The position numbers and the translations under genes are program-made. Of a stretch of DNA of 64,000 nt, positions 53,826 to 63,985 are shown piece after piece (the first letter of the stretch is position 1; every line of letters begins with the position of its first letter). Under the pieces are notes generated by a model that was given only the letters and a program-made list of their open reading frames with translations, had not been told where the DNA came from and made no database searches. This stretch comes from Candidatus Dojkabacteria bacterium (lineage in GTDB: Bacteria > Patescibacteriota > Dojkabacteria > B142 > OLB20): positions 479,559-543,558 of the forward strand of contig CP129475.1 of assembly GCA_030583785.1 (NCBI GenBank). The letters are read 5' to 3'.

Positions 53826-56153
53826 TTAAGCTTTCTTTTTCTTTTCGGACTCAAACAGACTATTAAATTCTTCGGAGTCGATTACTTCTTTTTCGAGAAG
53901 GACTTCAACTAGCTTGTCCAGAACCTTACGATTGTTTTTAAGCAGAGTTTCTGCCTTTTCGTAGCACTTATTGATAATTTCCCGAACTTCTTCGTCGATG
54001 AATCTGGCGGTTTCTTCGGAGTAGTCTCGTTGTTCTCCGTAGCCGTAACCTAGATATTGCAATTCATTTTCTTCTCCGTATTTAACAAGACCAAGTTTTT
54101 TACTCATCCCAAAACTTTTAACCATTCGTCTGGCAATTGATGTGGCCTTTTCGATATCGTTTGATGCTCCGCTGGTAACATCTCCGTATATAAGTGATTC
54201 AGCTGCATAGCCTGCAACAAGAGAAGTAATCTTGGAAAGCATTTTTGTTTTACTCATAGATACCTCATCTGCTTCAGGAAGTGGCATAGTGTAGCCTAGA
54301 GCCATGCCCCGAGATACAATTGTGACTCTGTGTACCGGGTCGTGTTCTGGAGTAAGCTTCATAACCAAAGCGTGACCTGCCTCGTGATAGGCAGTCTTTT
54401 TTAGCTCGTCTTCGCTTCGCTTTCGTTTTTTAGCTGGTCCAACCTGAACCTTGTTTGCTGCTTCTTCGAGATCTTCGAAATTGATAATTTCCCGATTATC
54501 CTTGGCAACAATAATTGCAGCCTCGTTTAGAAGGTTTTCTATGTCAGCTCCCGAAAAACCAACTGTTCTTCTTGCAAGCCTGTCCATGTCTACATCTGGA
54601 TTGATTGGTTTATTTGCAGCATGGATTGCAATTATTTGTTTTCTACCTTCAAGATCAGGTAGATCAAGAACAACCCTTCTGTCAAAGCGCCCTGGCCTAA
54701 GAATTGCAGGATCAAGAACATCTGGTCTATTTGTGGCGGCTATAACAATAAGATTTGTGTTCTTTTCGAAACCGTCCATTTCAACAAGAATCTGATTAAG
54801 AGTCTGCTCTGTAGTGCTGGACTGAACAGTTGTGCCTCTTTTACGAGCTACAGCATCGATTTCGTCGATAAAGATGATTGATGGAGCGGCCTTTTTTGCT
54901 TTTTCAAACAAGTCCCTAACTCTAGATGCTCCTGCTCCTACGAGCATTTCTTCAAATTCTGAACCAGAAGTATGAAAGAACGGAACACCTGCTTCGCCGG
55001 CAATTGCACGAGCTAACATTGTTTTTCCGGTTCCAGGTGCGCCAACCATAAGTAAACCTTTTGGTATTCTGGCTCCAAGCTTTAAGAATCTTTTAGGATC
55101 TTTTAGAAAGAGAACAACTTCTCTAAGCTCCTCTTTTGCCTCATCAACTCCAGCAACATCTTTAAATGAGATATCTGGCTTTCTTCCAAAGATCATGCGT
55201 GCCTTGCTTTGTCCAAATTTCATAAGTGAGTTTCCAGATCCTTGAACGCCTCTAAACATAAAGAAAACAAGACCTCCAAGCCCCAGAAGCATAACCAGAA
55301 GTATTATGTCTCCCCAAGGGATTTTGGTAATAACCGCAGCAGTGTAGCGGACATTTTCTGCATCAAGGTTAACATCTTCTCCCTTTAGGAATTCGCTGAA
55401 ACTCGTTGTATTTGCAACCCTCCAATTAATGAACTCTTGCTTTACGAATTCTGGCTTTAAGACACCAAGCGCATAGTTATTGATTGCCCAAATGCTGTCA
55501 AATGCTTCTTGGTTTTGTAAAGCGACAAAATCAGAATTTGCTCTGTAACCTGCAGCCTCTCTTAAGAAATATGTCGGCACATTTAAATCGGATAGGTTAA
55601 TCTTTTCGCGTTCAAGTAGAGCCATAAATTCTGCTTCTCCGAAGCCTTCAATGACTGCGTCATTTGTATCCGATGCTCCTTGAGCAATAATCTCTTCTGT
55701 TCCAAGATAGATTGCTGAATATCTGGTAATTGAAGATGGATTTGTAATCGCCCTTATGACTTCTGTAATACTAAGTGGTTTTATCTGTTGAAAAAGCTCA
55801 TCTAGAGACAGCTTAGTTACTGATTCTTGTGTTGTTGATTTAAGTTGCGCGAAAAACTCTTCTGCTGCTTGATCTTCTGCTTCTGAGATTGGTGTTCCGA
55901 GTAACAGTTTAGTTTTCGCTATTGCTCTGCCGTCGTCTCGAATTTGAATTTCGTAATACCTGTTTGCCTTAATCCCCTGAACAAAATTACTGACACTAAC
56001 TTCTGACCCAGGCTGTGGAGCAAGAGAATTAAAGACAAAGGAGATACCGAGCAGAACCAACGAAAATATTAATAGCGTATTGAAATTCAATCCTAATAAT
56101 CCTCTTCGAGGTGCCTTGGCTCTGGGCATGCGTTTGATATTTTCTTGAGACAT
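53826..56153 (-). CDS. ftsH: ATP-dependent zinc metalloprotease FtsH
   Basis: Two N-terminal TM helices, AAA Walker A 'GAPGTGKT', the SRH region, and the 'HEAGHALV' zinc-binding motif. Confidence 0.95.
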   Translation of the reverse strand: MSQENIKRMPRAKAPRRGLLGLNFNTLLIFSLVLLGISFVFNSLAPQPGSEVSVSNFVQGIKANRYYEIQIRDDGRAIAKTKLLLGTPISEAEDQAAEEFFAQLKSTTQESVTKLSLDELFQQIKPLSITEVIRAITNPSSITRYSAIYLGTEEIIAQGASDTNDAVIEGFGEAEFMALLEREKINLSDLNVPTYFLREAAGYRANSDFVALQNQEAFDSIWAINNYALGVLKPEFVKQEFINWRVANTTSFSEFLKGEDVNLDAENVRYTAAVITKIPWGDIILLVMLLGLGGLVFFMFRGVQGSGNSLMKFGQSKARMIFGRKPDISFKDVAGVDEAKEELREVVLFLKDPKRFLKLGARIPKGLLMVGAPGTGKTMLARAIAGEAGVPFFHTSGSEFEEMLVGAGASRVRDLFEKAKKAAPSIIFIDEIDAVARKRGTTVQSSTTEQTLNQILVEMDGFEKNTNLIVIAATNRPDVLDPAILRPGRFDRRVVLDLPDLEGRKQIIAIHAANKPINPDVDMDRLARRTVGFSGADIENLLNEAAIIVAKDNREIINFEDLEEAANKVQVGPAKKRKRSEDELKKTAYHEAGHALVMKLTPEHDPVHRVTIVSRGMALGYTMPLPEADEVSMSKTKMLSKITSLVAGYAAESLIYGDVTSGASNDIEKATSIARRMVKSFGMSKKLGLVKYGEENELQYLGYGYGEQRDYSEETARFIDEEVREIINKCYEKAETLLKNNRKVLDKLVEVLLEKEVIDSEEFNSLFESEKKKKA

Positions 56154-56180
56154 GGTTTTCTAGAAATGCTGATAGTAAAA

Positions 56181-56254
56181 TGACGGGAACTGGGATCGAA
56201 CCAGTGACCTGGGGCTTATGAGTCCCCCGCTCTAACCAACTGAGCTATCCCGCC
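56181..56254 (-). tRNA. tRNA-Met (anticodon CAT; elongator-type, tRNA-Ile2/lysidine not excluded)
   Basis: The reverse complement GGCGGGATAGCTCAGTTGGTTAGAGC...CTCATAA...GGTTCGATCC has a G1-C72 pair, so it is not an initiator. Confidence 0.8.
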
Positions 56255-56371
56255 AAAAAAATTAGATAATTATTTGCGTAAATTGATTGTACCATATGAC
56301 CGCTTTCGCTCAATATATTAAGTGAAAAAACGATAATCTGATATACTATAAGATATATTAGGTATATAGAT

Positions 56372-57571
56372 TTGCCCGAATCTTTAAATACTAACAATCC
56401 AGAAAGTAAACGCGGTCTTCCTAAAAGAGCTCTAATGCTTGTAAGTGGAATTGTACTTTCGGCTTATATTGCCGCAGGAGCATCGGGAATAACTAACGCC
56501 TTGCAAACCAATCCTTCTGCAATAAAACAAGCATTAAATACTGGAAATCCTAGGAATATTGCGGCAGCAATAATCGAGAATAGTGGTAAAGCCCCAATCT
56601 GCCAACAAGGGCTACGTCAGACACTAGAAGAAATGACCGGCAGAGGCGAAGTTCATGATCCCTTTTCGGCAATTACAGGCTACATAATAAACGATCCAAA
56701 TATGTGTTTGTATGGATTAAGCGGTGTAGATGCAGGCATAATTGACTTGGATAGTTCGCTTGAGAGCGGTTTTCCAGACATCAACAACTACGACAGGCAA
56801 ATTTCCAATAACACAGCATTCTATTTTAGGAATGGCCAGTTCATCGGATCCATTGTCAATCTTTCTGAAGTTAAGGCCAAATTAATAACTCCACACGAAC
56901 ACGACAATATTGTAAATTCTAAAGATCCAGATCCCGAAATAATTGCTTCTTTTACTTTTGCCGCAACAGGCATGGAATCTGCATACCACGATCCGAATGC
57001 TCAACATCCCTACCTACCTTGGACTCACGATGGCGAAATAATGCCGTATCTGCATCAGGATCATGATATTGAAAACATTATTGATAATCCTGACTATGTT
57101 GTTTTGGCCTATACTGAAGCTGATGGGTTCTATGTCGGACAGCTTACGCAAGAATTATATTCTAATCTTCAAACAGAGGGTTCTTTCGTGTTCGTTTCAC
57201 CATTCAATTTCTTTAATTCATCAGATGGTGGGAGTTACTCGCTCAGTTATATTTTTGTAGCTGGAGCAGTTTACAAAACAAGTAATAATGTCATCGTCTG
57301 CACTAACGGCCAAGATGATTACTACATGATAACAACAAATGCAGGGCAAGATAGTTTCGAGTTTATTGCTAGCGCTTCTCACGCACTACTTGGCATGGGT
57401 GCAAACATCCCAGAGAACCAAGCAGTTGGCGGAAGTCCAAACTGTGTAGTAGCCGACGACGAAGGCAATGGCTCCTATACTCTTCCCAGACCTGTAGGAA
57501 TTGACTGGCAAATACCCAGAACTAGCGAGAACAGACTTAATCCTTACATTAAGATTACAACCGGAGAATAA
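56372..57571 (+). CDS. Hypothetical secreted/membrane-anchored protein (399 aa)
   Basis: N-terminal hydrophobic signal/anchor ('LMLVSGIVLSAYIAAGASG'). The ORF uses a TTG start per the ORF track. No recognised domain. Confidence 0.45.
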   Translation: MPESLNTNNPESKRGLPKRALMLVSGIVLSAYIAAGASGITNALQTNPSAIKQALNTGNPRNIAAAIIENSGKAPICQQGLRQTLEEMTGRGEVHDPFSAITGYIINDPNMCLYGLSGVDAGIIDLDSSLESGFPDINNYDRQISNNTAFYFRNGQFIGSIVNLSEVKAKLITPHEHDNIVNSKDPDPEIIASFTFAATGMESAYHDPNAQHPYLPWTHDGEIMPYLHQDHDIENIIDNPDYVVLAYTEADGFYVGQLTQELYSNLQTEGSFVFVSPFNFFNSSDGGSYSLSYIFVAGAVYKTSNNVIVCTNGQDDYYMITTNAGQDSFEFIASASHALLGMGANIPENQAVGGSPNCVVADDEGNGSYTLPRPVGIDWQIPRTSENRLNPYIKITTGE

Positions 57572-57573
57572 TT

Positions 57574-57648
57574 TGGTTGCGGGGAGAGGATTCGAACCTC
57601 TGACCTTCAGGTTATGAGCCTGACGAGCTGCCACTGCTCCACCCCGCG
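57574..57648 (-). tRNA. Initiator tRNA-fMet (anticodon CAT)
   Basis: The reverse complement CGCGGGGTGGAGCAG...CTCATAA...GGTTCGAATCC...CCCCGCAACCA has a C1·A72 mismatch and is near-identical to the E. coli tRNA-fMet sequence I recall. Confidence 0.85.
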
Positions 57649-57680
57649 ACTATATGAAGTTGGTTCTTAATAATACATTA

Positions 57681-58115
57681 TCAACTGCCGAAAATCAATC
57701 TCTTCCACCAGTAGAGATTATCTCGCAACAATATTGGGTCTTCGTTTTTTTGCAGAAATTCAATTTCTAATTCTGGAGGTCGTTGAATGTAGTAGAGGGT
57801 TTCACCCTCTTCAGCCAGATTCCAACTATCTCTGGCATAGGTTCTTCGAAACTCAACTGAGCTGAAATATTTTTCTAACTCGCGAAGCCTTTTATTTTCA
57901 GCATAGATATCGTCCAGTCTTTGTTCCTCTTCTTGAATACGGCGGATATTGTCTTGTCCTTTAGTAAAGGCAGTATTGATATTAAATAATAACGCTATTA
58001 CAACTATGACGAAGAATAACTGAATGGCAATATCACTATATGTGATTTCTAATGATGCAAGTTTCTTGGAAATGCTCTTCGAAACTTGTTTGGAATAAAA
58101 AGCCAGCTTCTTCAT
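57681..58115 (-). CDS. FtsB/DivIC-like septum formation initiator family protein
   Basis: Single TM helix ('IAIQLFFVIVVIALLF') followed by a coiled coil ('IRRIQEEEQRLDDIYAENKRLRELE'). Confidence 0.5.
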   Translation of the reverse strand: MKKLAFYSKQVSKSISKKLASLEITYSDIAIQLFFVIVVIALLFNINTAFTKGQDNIRRIQEEEQRLDDIYAENKRLRELEKYFSSVEFRRTYARDSWNLAEEGETLYYIQRPPELEIEFLQKNEDPILLRDNLYWWKRLIFGS

Positions 58116-58218
58116 GTATCCTCTAGTTATTGACTTGGGGGCACCTTCGTGTTATGATTTGTGGCCTGCTCAGTCCAGTTGCCCCAGAATTATTATTAGT
58201 ATAGCATACTAAATAGCC

Positions 58219-59094
58219 ATGACTTTACAAGAAAGCCAACAACAATTTATAGAGTCTCTACGGGCAAAAAAAAGGTCTGAATCCACCATTGTAGCTTATA
58301 GCAAAGACATAGATCAACTGCTTGTGTTCATGAGTAAACAAGGCCTGCCAAAAGAATGTAAAGAGTTAACAACAGAGGTATTAACCAAATATGTAGATGA
58401 ACTCAAGAAGGAAGGTAGCTATACCCTGAAAACTATCTCTCGGAAAATTAACAGTCTCAAAACCTTTTCCAAGTTTTTATTAGGCGAAAACCTTATAGTA
58501 GTAGATGTAGCAGAACCAATAGCGCATCCCGAATATACTAGTCAGCCACAGAGAATCCTCTCGCCGCTTGAATATCGTGCGCTTAGAGATTGCGCCAGAA
58601 CAAACTTGAGGTTATTCACTATGGTAGAACTCTTGCTTCAGACCGGTATTCGCATCGGAGAATTATCTCGACTAAAAAAATCCGATCTAAACCTAGAAAA
58701 AGGTGAGCTTAGAATTGAGGCTTTTTCAAGTAACAGGGAAAGGATAGTAGAACTTAACAGTCTGGCAATTGAGGCCTTACGGACATTTACAGATACAGAC
58801 AACACATTCAAAAACCAAAAGGATGATTACTTATTTAAAACAAAAACCGGCAGACCAGTTTTGATCAGGAACATTCGCACTGCCATTAATCGAGCATTCA
58901 AAAAAGCAGGCATTAAGAATGCAACTGTCAACGACATTCGCAACACATTCATTGTTTATCAACTTGAACAAGGGATTAGAACAGATAGACTTGCTGAACT
59001 TGTCGGCCATCAGAAACCATCAACAACAGAAAAGTATCTTGACTTGGTCGCCCAAAGACCAACAAAGACTCACACAAAAATTGATCCACTCTAG
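58219..59094 (+). CDS. Tyrosine site-specific recombinase (XerC/XerD / phage-integrase family)
   Basis: N-terminal SAM-like core-binding domain ('ESTIVAYSKDIDQLL'). C-terminal catalytic region with 'LVGHQKPSTTEKYLDL' (HxxR...Y). Confidence 0.8.
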   Translation: MTLQESQQQFIESLRAKKRSESTIVAYSKDIDQLLVFMSKQGLPKECKELTTEVLTKYVDELKKEGSYTLKTISRKINSLKTFSKFLLGENLIVVDVAEPIAHPEYTSQPQRILSPLEYRALRDCARTNLRLFTMVELLLQTGIRIGELSRLKKSDLNLEKGELRIEAFSSNRERIVELNSLAIEALRTFTDTDNTFKNQKDDYLFKTKTGRPVLIRNIRTAINRAFKKAGIKNATVNDIRNTFIVYQLEQGIRTDRLAELVGHQKPSTTEKYLDLVAQRPTKTHTKIDPL

Positions 59095-59219
59095 TATTTC
59101 CAATTAACGCTTGCTAGTGATAGAATTGACTCCATAGTGGGCCAGCCCACATGCCATGTTTGTGGCATGATGAGCGGTTAGGTTATAACTAACCAGAGCA
59201 AAACGCCTTTGATAAAGGC

Positions 59220-59293
59220 GGGCTAGTAGCTCAGGAGGTCAGAGCACCGTTCTTATAAAGCGGGGGTCGGTGGTTCGAGTCCACCCTGGCCCA
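59220..59293 (+). tRNA. tRNA-Ile (anticodon TAT/UAU)
   Basis: Hand-folded cloverleaf: acceptor GGGCTAG/CTGGCCC, D-arm GCTC-AGGAGGTCA-GAGC, anticodon stem CCGTT/AGCGG with loop CTTATAA (anticodon nt 59254-59256), T-arm GGTGG-TTCGAGT-CCACC, discriminator A. No CCA. Confidence 0.75.
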
Positions 59294-59331
59294 CTTAAAA
59301 ACCCAAAAGATATTGCTTCTGTCATAGATAA

Positions 59332-61548
59332 TCAGAATAGAATTATCAAGACAACAAAAATTATAACTATGACTGAGCAGGCCTCTATCATTTGCCCGAA
59401 TCTCGGATCGAAGAAGAAGCCGACTGAATCACTCTTTTTTACTTCTGGTTTCTGCATACTACTAACAGGTAGAAGCATCTGCGAGTAGTGTAAATGAAAG
59501 TAATGAAACAACGCTATGAATACGACAAATATCCATCCCACCATCAGAACAAGTAAATTTTGAACAAAACCATTGCGTATATTCAGATATTCGGTTGTAT
59601 CAGTAATAACATTCTGATCGTCACCTCTGTCGAAGATGATTTGCAAGGAATCAATTTCTGAGGGTTTATCTGAATTTGGCGCTAAGAACATTTTGAAAAA
59701 GAATTCTCCAGCGCCTACTTGCTGGTTGAATGAATCAAGATTATCTGAGACTTCGGAGATCGAACTTGAATTTCCCTTGTCTTTTGCTGGCTTCCATTGG
59801 CCGGAATCATAATAGTACCAAACTTTATTATCATTACTTATTTGCATTACAGCATCTCCGTGGGCTTCAATCTCATTTAGCACATTATATTTTATTCCTA
59901 CTTTATTCTGGATTGAGGGGCTGTCGCTTCTGAAGTATTGTGGTTCGATATCAATACTGAGAATACCTGGACTACTGCCCGGTTCAATCGTGTTTAGCTC
60001 TAGACGAAATTGAAAATATCTTCCCTGCTTGTCGGTAGTTACGATGTATCTGTTCGCTTCAGCATAGCTCGGTATATAGTAGCTGTCTTCTCCATCTGGG
60101 CCAGTAAAAGGATTTTCGCAAACAGATTCTTCACAAGCCCGGATCTGAAGTTTTAATCCGTATGCACCTCTTCTGAAACTATCATTGATTTCGATTGCGT
60201 TTAGGACTCTATTAAATACTGCTATCTCGTCTAGATAACCTTCGTAAGTTTGCTCCGGATTAAATGCACCTCCGATCTCGTCTTGCTCTTCACCGATAAC
60301 AAGTGATCCAAAAGATCCAAACTTTCCGCCTTGCGCTAATGTTTTTCTTGATGCAAAATATCCGTCTTTATAAACCGTAACCGTTCCAGTAGATGACTTC
60401 CATGTAACCGCAACATGATGCCATTCTCCATCATTGACAGAAACCCCGGTTCTTATTCCAAATCCATTAACATAGACAAGAATATCCGCTGGATCAAAAA
60501 TTACCCAGTCGTTTCTATTCACTGTTGAGGCATAAGAGACAATTGCCTGATCTCTTTGCTTGGATTTTATCCAGAACATTGTTGTTATCTCTTCTTCTGG
60601 AAAAGACAAAAAAGGATATATTTGCAGGTAATCATTGTTTCCATCAAAATAAAGCGAATTTGAGAATATGCCGTCGGCAATTGTGACACCAATATTTTGA
60701 GCATCGTTGTTTGAACCAGAAGCGTCAAGGACTTTGCTTAAGCCGGACTCTTCACGAATAGTGTCCGAATGAAGTAGTAATACATTACCTAGCATGTTCA
60801 TATTCGCCTGAAAAAAATCCTGGTCGAAGCCTGCATTATCGGGCAAAGGTTTCGCAATCGGAACATCTGTTAGAATATTAACTTGTTGCCATGAAGCACC
60901 CGACTTGGTGCTGTCAATAATTTGCGATGTGTAAAATCCTGACCCATAAAGCATGCCTTTATCAGTTAGTTTTAATACAGAAAGTCCACTGTCGTAGCGA
61001 GTGTCCTCGTATAAGCCCTCTGTAAAATCTCGATTCGAGGATAAGGTCTGTTTTATCGGAAGCGTTATAGCCTTACCTTTTTCAAATCCGATTTCACTCT
61101 GATTAAAAATGTATTCAGCAGGATCAGAAAAATCCCAGAGCTGACGGTTAAGAGGTTCGTACTTAATGGACAACATAGCTACAACGACAAAGATTGCAAT
61201 TAATATTGCTAACAAAGAGTAACCGGTCAATAACAATCTTGCCTTTTTAAGTTTGGGATGATAACTAAATACATACACATCGTTCTTTACGACTTCAATC
61301 CCTTTGCTTGGTCTAGAGAATATCCAATTGAAAAAGTGAAGAAAAATTTGTAGAAAAGATGCATGGCGCAACCTTTTAATGTGCTTGTAATCCTCAGCAG
61401 TCAAATGATGTAAGTACTTGGACAGTTTCTTCATTTTAACTGTTTTTTTAGCCAGACTTTGGTTTAAGAGGTGCATTATATCCCCCGGCGCCCATACCCG
61501 GCGCTCCCATAAAGCCACCCGGTGCAGGTTTCTTTGATTTCTTACCAC
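59332..61548 (-). CDS. Membrane protein with concanavalin-A/LamG-like lectin (laminin-G/pentraxin-like) domain
   Basis: 'LYFDGNNDYLQIY...TMFWIKS...GEWHHVAVTW...TVTVYKDG...GYLDEIAVFNRVL' is a LamG jelly-roll signature. TM helices near both termini. Confidence 0.55.
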   Translation of the reverse strand: MVRNQRNLHRVALWERRVWAPGDIMHLLNQSLAKKTVKMKKLSKYLHHLTAEDYKHIKRLRHASFLQIFLHFFNWIFSRPSKGIEVVKNDVYVFSYHPKLKKARLLLTGYSLLAILIAIFVVVAMLSIKYEPLNRQLWDFSDPAEYIFNQSEIGFEKGKAITLPIKQTLSSNRDFTEGLYEDTRYDSGLSVLKLTDKGMLYGSGFYTSQIIDSTKSGASWQQVNILTDVPIAKPLPDNAGFDQDFFQANMNMLGNVLLLHSDTIREESGLSKVLDASGSNNDAQNIGVTIADGIFSNSLYFDGNNDYLQIYPFLSFPEEEITTMFWIKSKQRDQAIVSYASTVNRNDWVIFDPADILVYVNGFGIRTGVSVNDGEWHHVAVTWKSSTGTVTVYKDGYFASRKTLAQGGKFGSFGSLVIGEEQDEIGGAFNPEQTYEGYLDEIAVFNRVLNAIEINDSFRRGAYGLKLQIRACEESVCENPFTGPDGEDSYYIPSYAEANRYIVTTDKQGRYFQFRLELNTIEPGSSPGILSIDIEPQYFRSDSPSIQNKVGIKYNVLNEIEAHGDAVMQISNDNKVWYYYDSGQWKPAKDKGNSSSISEVSDNLDSFNQQVGAGEFFFKMFLAPNSDKPSEIDSLQIIFDRGDDQNVITDTTEYLNIRNGFVQNLLVLMVGWIFVVFIALFHYFHLHYSQMLLPVSSMQKPEVKKSDSVGFFFDPRFGQMIEACSVIVIIFVVLIILF

Positions 61549-63985
61549 TCATATCTGATCTGTCGTTCATCTCAGCCTCAACTAGACCTTTGTCGCGTCC
61601 ATATCTAAGCCTTGATAAGTTCTTAACGATTTGTGCAACTTTCATGTTTCCCTCTTTAGGAATGGCAAAAGGCGCGTGCTTATAATTTGTATTGATAGAG
61701 AATGCTTCGGGAGATTCACCTTTAGCAATGATTTTTACATATGCGTTTGTGTTTTCGAGATTAGTCAAATCGTTTTGATCAAAAATCGGAGTGAAAATTG
61801 TTTCTAAGAACTGTGCGTCGGTCGTTCCAACCTTCATACTTACAACTGTGCCGACATTTCCGAATACCGCATCTCGAATTTTTTCGTCGATCTGGGCGAT
61901 ATATTGGTTGGCAACAATAAGATTAAGGCGATATTTTCTGGCCTCGGATAAGATTTGTGCAAAATCTTCTGTAGAAAAGTTCTGAAACTCATCGACATAC
62001 AGATAAAAGTCTTTTCTTTGTGATTCGGAAATGTCGGCTCTACTCATAGCAGAAGATAAGATTCTTGGCACTAGAAGCAGTCCAAGAAACTGCGCGTTCT
62101 CTTCTCCGATAATACCTTTTGATAGGTTAACTATCAAAATTTTCTGTTCATCCATTATTTTTCTCATGTTAAAACCAGATACCGATTGTCCGAAAATGTT
62201 TCTGGTCAGTTTATTGGTAACAAAGCGGTCAAACTTGGAGACAATGTAGCCAAGAACCTCTGACTTATGAAAATCTTGAGTCTTAGCAATTTCATCTGTC
62301 CAATATCTTCGAACGAGATCGTCTTTGATTTCTGGAATTATTGTATTGGCATAATCCTCGTCACTAAGGATCCTAAGTACTTCAACCAGAGTACTACCAG
62401 GTCTTTCCATGACTGTAAGCATAGCATTACGGACTGCTCGCTCAAACCTAGGACCTGTTATACCCTGATTATGTGGGTCAAACATTTTTTGCATTAATCC
62501 AACAAACGAGTTTACTGTTCTATGTTTATCTTGCTCGTTATAAAATTCGATGATATTAAATCCAATAGGACGATCGGTGTCTCCCGGATCCCAATAGATT
62601 ACATCTTCTATTCGATGAGGAGGAATTCTTTCTAAGAGCCATTCTGCAGAATCTCCGTGGGGATCCAAGAAAGCTACCCCTCTGCCGTTCAGGATATCTT
62701 GATATGCCATCTGCTGGATAAAATAGGATTTTCCAGCACCAGTTTTACCGATAACATACATATGTCTTCTTCTATCATCGCTGTCTATATATACCTGCTT
62801 CGAAACATCTCGATAAATGTTTGTACCTAACCACAAGTCACCAATTGAAGGAACAGTCGCTGAGGCCGGAGCTCTTTTACTCATCAACCAGTTGATGTGG
62901 GGAGTATTGACCGTTTGATTTGGAAAATGCATGATAGTCGCAAGTTCTCCTGTATTCAGAATCATCTGCTCGCGGGGAATTCTGTAAACGAAATCGTGAA
63001 TAAATCTATGCTTCTGTTTGTCTTTCATCGATAATTTTTCGAATTGATTGCTACCTTCTTTCGTAAATTGGGAGAACGAACTAATCATGCTGTCGAGCGT
63101 TATCTCGGCTTGCTGATCAGTGCTTCCGGTTGCAACCAATCTTATATCTACATTAAATCCACCTTTTTCGCATTTTTTCTCGATTGATGCCAGCAAGTCT
63201 TCAGGAACATCCATCTTCTTTTTTTCTGGATCAGAATTATTTGTTCTCACCTTATCGACGAACTTCTTTCCGGTATTTCGCCAAGAACTTCCGGCTCCTG
63301 TGACAACAACTTGCAAGGCGGCAGACTCTCCCATTCTAAGCTTGCTCATTGTTGTAAGTAGCGATGCAATTGAGTCGGTAGTGAGTTCTTCATAAGTTCG
63401 AATCGGTTTATAACTGTCTTTATCTAGTTTCAAGGCGGCAAACTTCACCTTGCTGTTTTCTGCGAAAATATTATATTCATCTGTAGTTACGATCTCTGCG
63501 GTTGGATAAGCTCCGTTTATCGCTTTTTCAACAGTATTGGCCAGGTTTCTACTAGCTACCACATAGAATCTTATAGATTCAGGTAGACCAACAATCTCAA
63601 AACTGACAAACGATCTTGCTTTAGTCAGCTTTTTAAATCCCTTGTAGTTTTCACTGATGCCTAGAAGCCCTGAAAACATTTGATCTGCAGCCTGAATTTC
63701 GACCTCGTTATTCCTGGGAACTCGCACCTCAAAAATTGTGGCTCCTAATGATTTTTTCTCTAGAGAAGCTTCACGAACTCCTCCTGCGAATCTTTGAAAC
63801 AGAAGTCTTAACAAAATGAGAAACACTATTACTGTAAAGAGGATCACAAAAAACCCAATCCATAGACCTGGGTTAAGAAGCTCGCCAAATACACCAAATT
63901 CGTTTCTAGCTGCAATAGTTGGAGTAGTTCGTAAAACAGATTGCAGCAATGGTGCAGTTATTGTATCTGAAATTGATATCGGCAT
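61448..63985 (-). CDS. TraD/VirD4-like (type IV coupling protein family) membrane-anchored ATPase
   Basis: N-terminal TM helix. Walker A 'YVIGKTGAGKSY', Walker B 'FYLYVDEFQNF', and 'RKYRLNLIVANQ'. Gly-rich C-terminal tail. Overlaps the LamG gene by 101 nt. Confidence 0.5.
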   Translation of the reverse strand: MPISISDTITAPLLQSVLRTTPTIAARNEFGVFGELLNPGLWIGFFVILFTVIVFLILLRLLFQRFAGGVREASLEKKSLGATIFEVRVPRNNEVEIQAADQMFSGLLGISENYKGFKKLTKARSFVSFEIVGLPESIRFYVVASRNLANTVEKAINGAYPTAEIVTTDEYNIFAENSKVKFAALKLDKDSYKPIRTYEELTTDSIASLLTTMSKLRMGESAALQVVVTGAGSSWRNTGKKFVDKVRTNNSDPEKKKMDVPEDLLASIEKKCEKGGFNVDIRLVATGSTDQQAEITLDSMISSFSQFTKEGSNQFEKLSMKDKQKHRFIHDFVYRIPREQMILNTGELATIMHFPNQTVNTPHINWLMSKRAPASATVPSIGDLWLGTNIYRDVSKQVYIDSDDRRRHMYVIGKTGAGKSYFIQQMAYQDILNGRGVAFLDPHGDSAEWLLERIPPHRIEDVIYWDPGDTDRPIGFNIIEFYNEQDKHRTVNSFVGLMQKMFDPHNQGITGPRFERAVRNAMLTVMERPGSTLVEVLRILSDEDYANTIIPEIKDDLVRRYWTDEIAKTQDFHKSEVLGYIVSKFDRFVTNKLTRNIFGQSVSGFNMRKIMDEQKILIVNLSKGIIGEENAQFLGLLLVPRILSSAMSRADISESQRKDFYLYVDEFQNFSTEDFAQILSEARKYRLNLIVANQYIAQIDEKIRDAVFGNVGTVVSMKVGTTDAQFLETIFTPIFDQNDLTNLENTNAYVKIIAKGESPEAFSINTNYKHAPFAIPKEGNMKVAQIVKNLSRLRYGRDKGLVEAEMNDRSDMSGKKSKKPAPGGFMGAPGMGAGGYNAPLKPKSG

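Noticed and set aside
57386-57634. 82-aa minus-strand ORF overlapping the end of the 56372-57571 gene and the initiator tRNA
   Set aside because: Overlaps a clean tRNA-fMet cloverleaf and the antisense of a longer ORF. Not credible as a gene.
59201-59222. Hairpin CGCCTTT-GAT-AAAGGCG just before tRNA-Ile(UAU) as a terminator of the recombinase gene
   Set aside because: No T-tract follows it. It overlaps the first base of the tRNA and is more likely part of the tRNA precursor leader.
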